A DNA stretch of 64,000 nucleotides from Chloroflexota bacterium (GTDB lineage Bacteria > Chloroflexota > UBA6077 > FW602-bin22). The position numbers and the translations under genes are program-made. Position 1 is the first letter of the stretch. The number at the start of each line of letters is the position of its first letter. The stretch is taken from assembly GCA_004297775.1 (NCBI GenBank), contig SCUE01000016.1, positions 41,666-105,665 on the forward strand, given 5' to 3'. Shown in pieces: positions 63,902 to 64,000 of this stretch. The notes beneath the pieces were generated by a model. That model worked only from the letters and a program-made list of their open reading frames with translations, did not search any database and was not told the origin of the DNA.

Positions 63902-64000
63902 CCGATGCGGCGGGCTAACTCGCGTCCATTCATGGCCGCCATTATGCAGAACGCGCCGGCCGGAACATCGTAGATATCCTCATCCGAATGCGCCTGTTCT

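Noticed and set aside
1-64000. Mobile elements or prophage content.
   Set aside because: No transposase, integrase, recombinase or phage structural motifs, and no terminal inverted repeats bounding the lower-GC patches, were seen. The TA and R-M segments are treated as small islands without identifiable mobility genes.

Overview
High-GC bacterial chromosomal window, densely coding, with strong GGAGG-type ribosome-binding sites and many ATGA/GTGA start-stop overlaps. The gene content suggests a Chloroflexota- or Actinomycetota-like organism, but that is only an inference. I saw no rRNA, tRNA, CRISPR array, transposase or integrase. Contents in order: (1) 1-3498, minus strand: a metal-handling operon ending in a CopA-type ATPase that runs off the window. 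It includes a DUF1573-like CxC protein whose first Cys codon is an in-frame TGA followed by a SECIS-like hairpin. (2) 3599-16517: a 13-kb translationally coupled supercluster. It holds a giant membrane protein, an ABC ATPase with degenerate catalytic motifs, an ABC-2 permease, a coiled-coil membrane protein, MoxR AAA+, DUF58, a BatA-like protein and a 1030-aa double-VWA protein. (3) 16.5-31 kb: housekeeping and accessory enzymes and transporters, interrupted by two toxin-antitoxin modules (BrnTA-like, VapBC-like). (4) 31.4-35.4 kb: a sulfide-type module (ArsR-rhodanese regulator, SQR-like flavoprotein, methyltransferase, two SHOCT membrane proteins), followed by an internally deleted ABC exporter pseudogene. 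(5) 39.7-42.5 kb: a ZIP, cupredoxin and two-domain multicopper oxidase operon with a near-consensus promoter. (6) A sugar ABC uptake operon with a 13-bp inverted repeat bracketing its promoter. (7) A sulfatase-fold enzyme with Thr at the nucleophile position, and a decayed vapBC locus. (8) 49.8-54.0 kb: a citrate/methylcitrate synthase, aconitase and PrpF cluster. (9) 54.1-56.3 kb: a type II restriction-modification island. (10) 58.6-62.4 kb: MarR, MgtE, a DtxR-family regulator with a palindromic operator, then a c-di-AMP (ydaO-type) riboswitch directly upstream of two tandem DarA/PstA-like c-di-AMP receptor genes. The most interesting candidates are the selenocysteine-recoded DUF1573 protein, the riboswitch-to-DarA arrangement, and the degenerate ABC module embedded in the MoxR/VWA supercluster. 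All family assignments come from motif recognition by eye; no searches were run.
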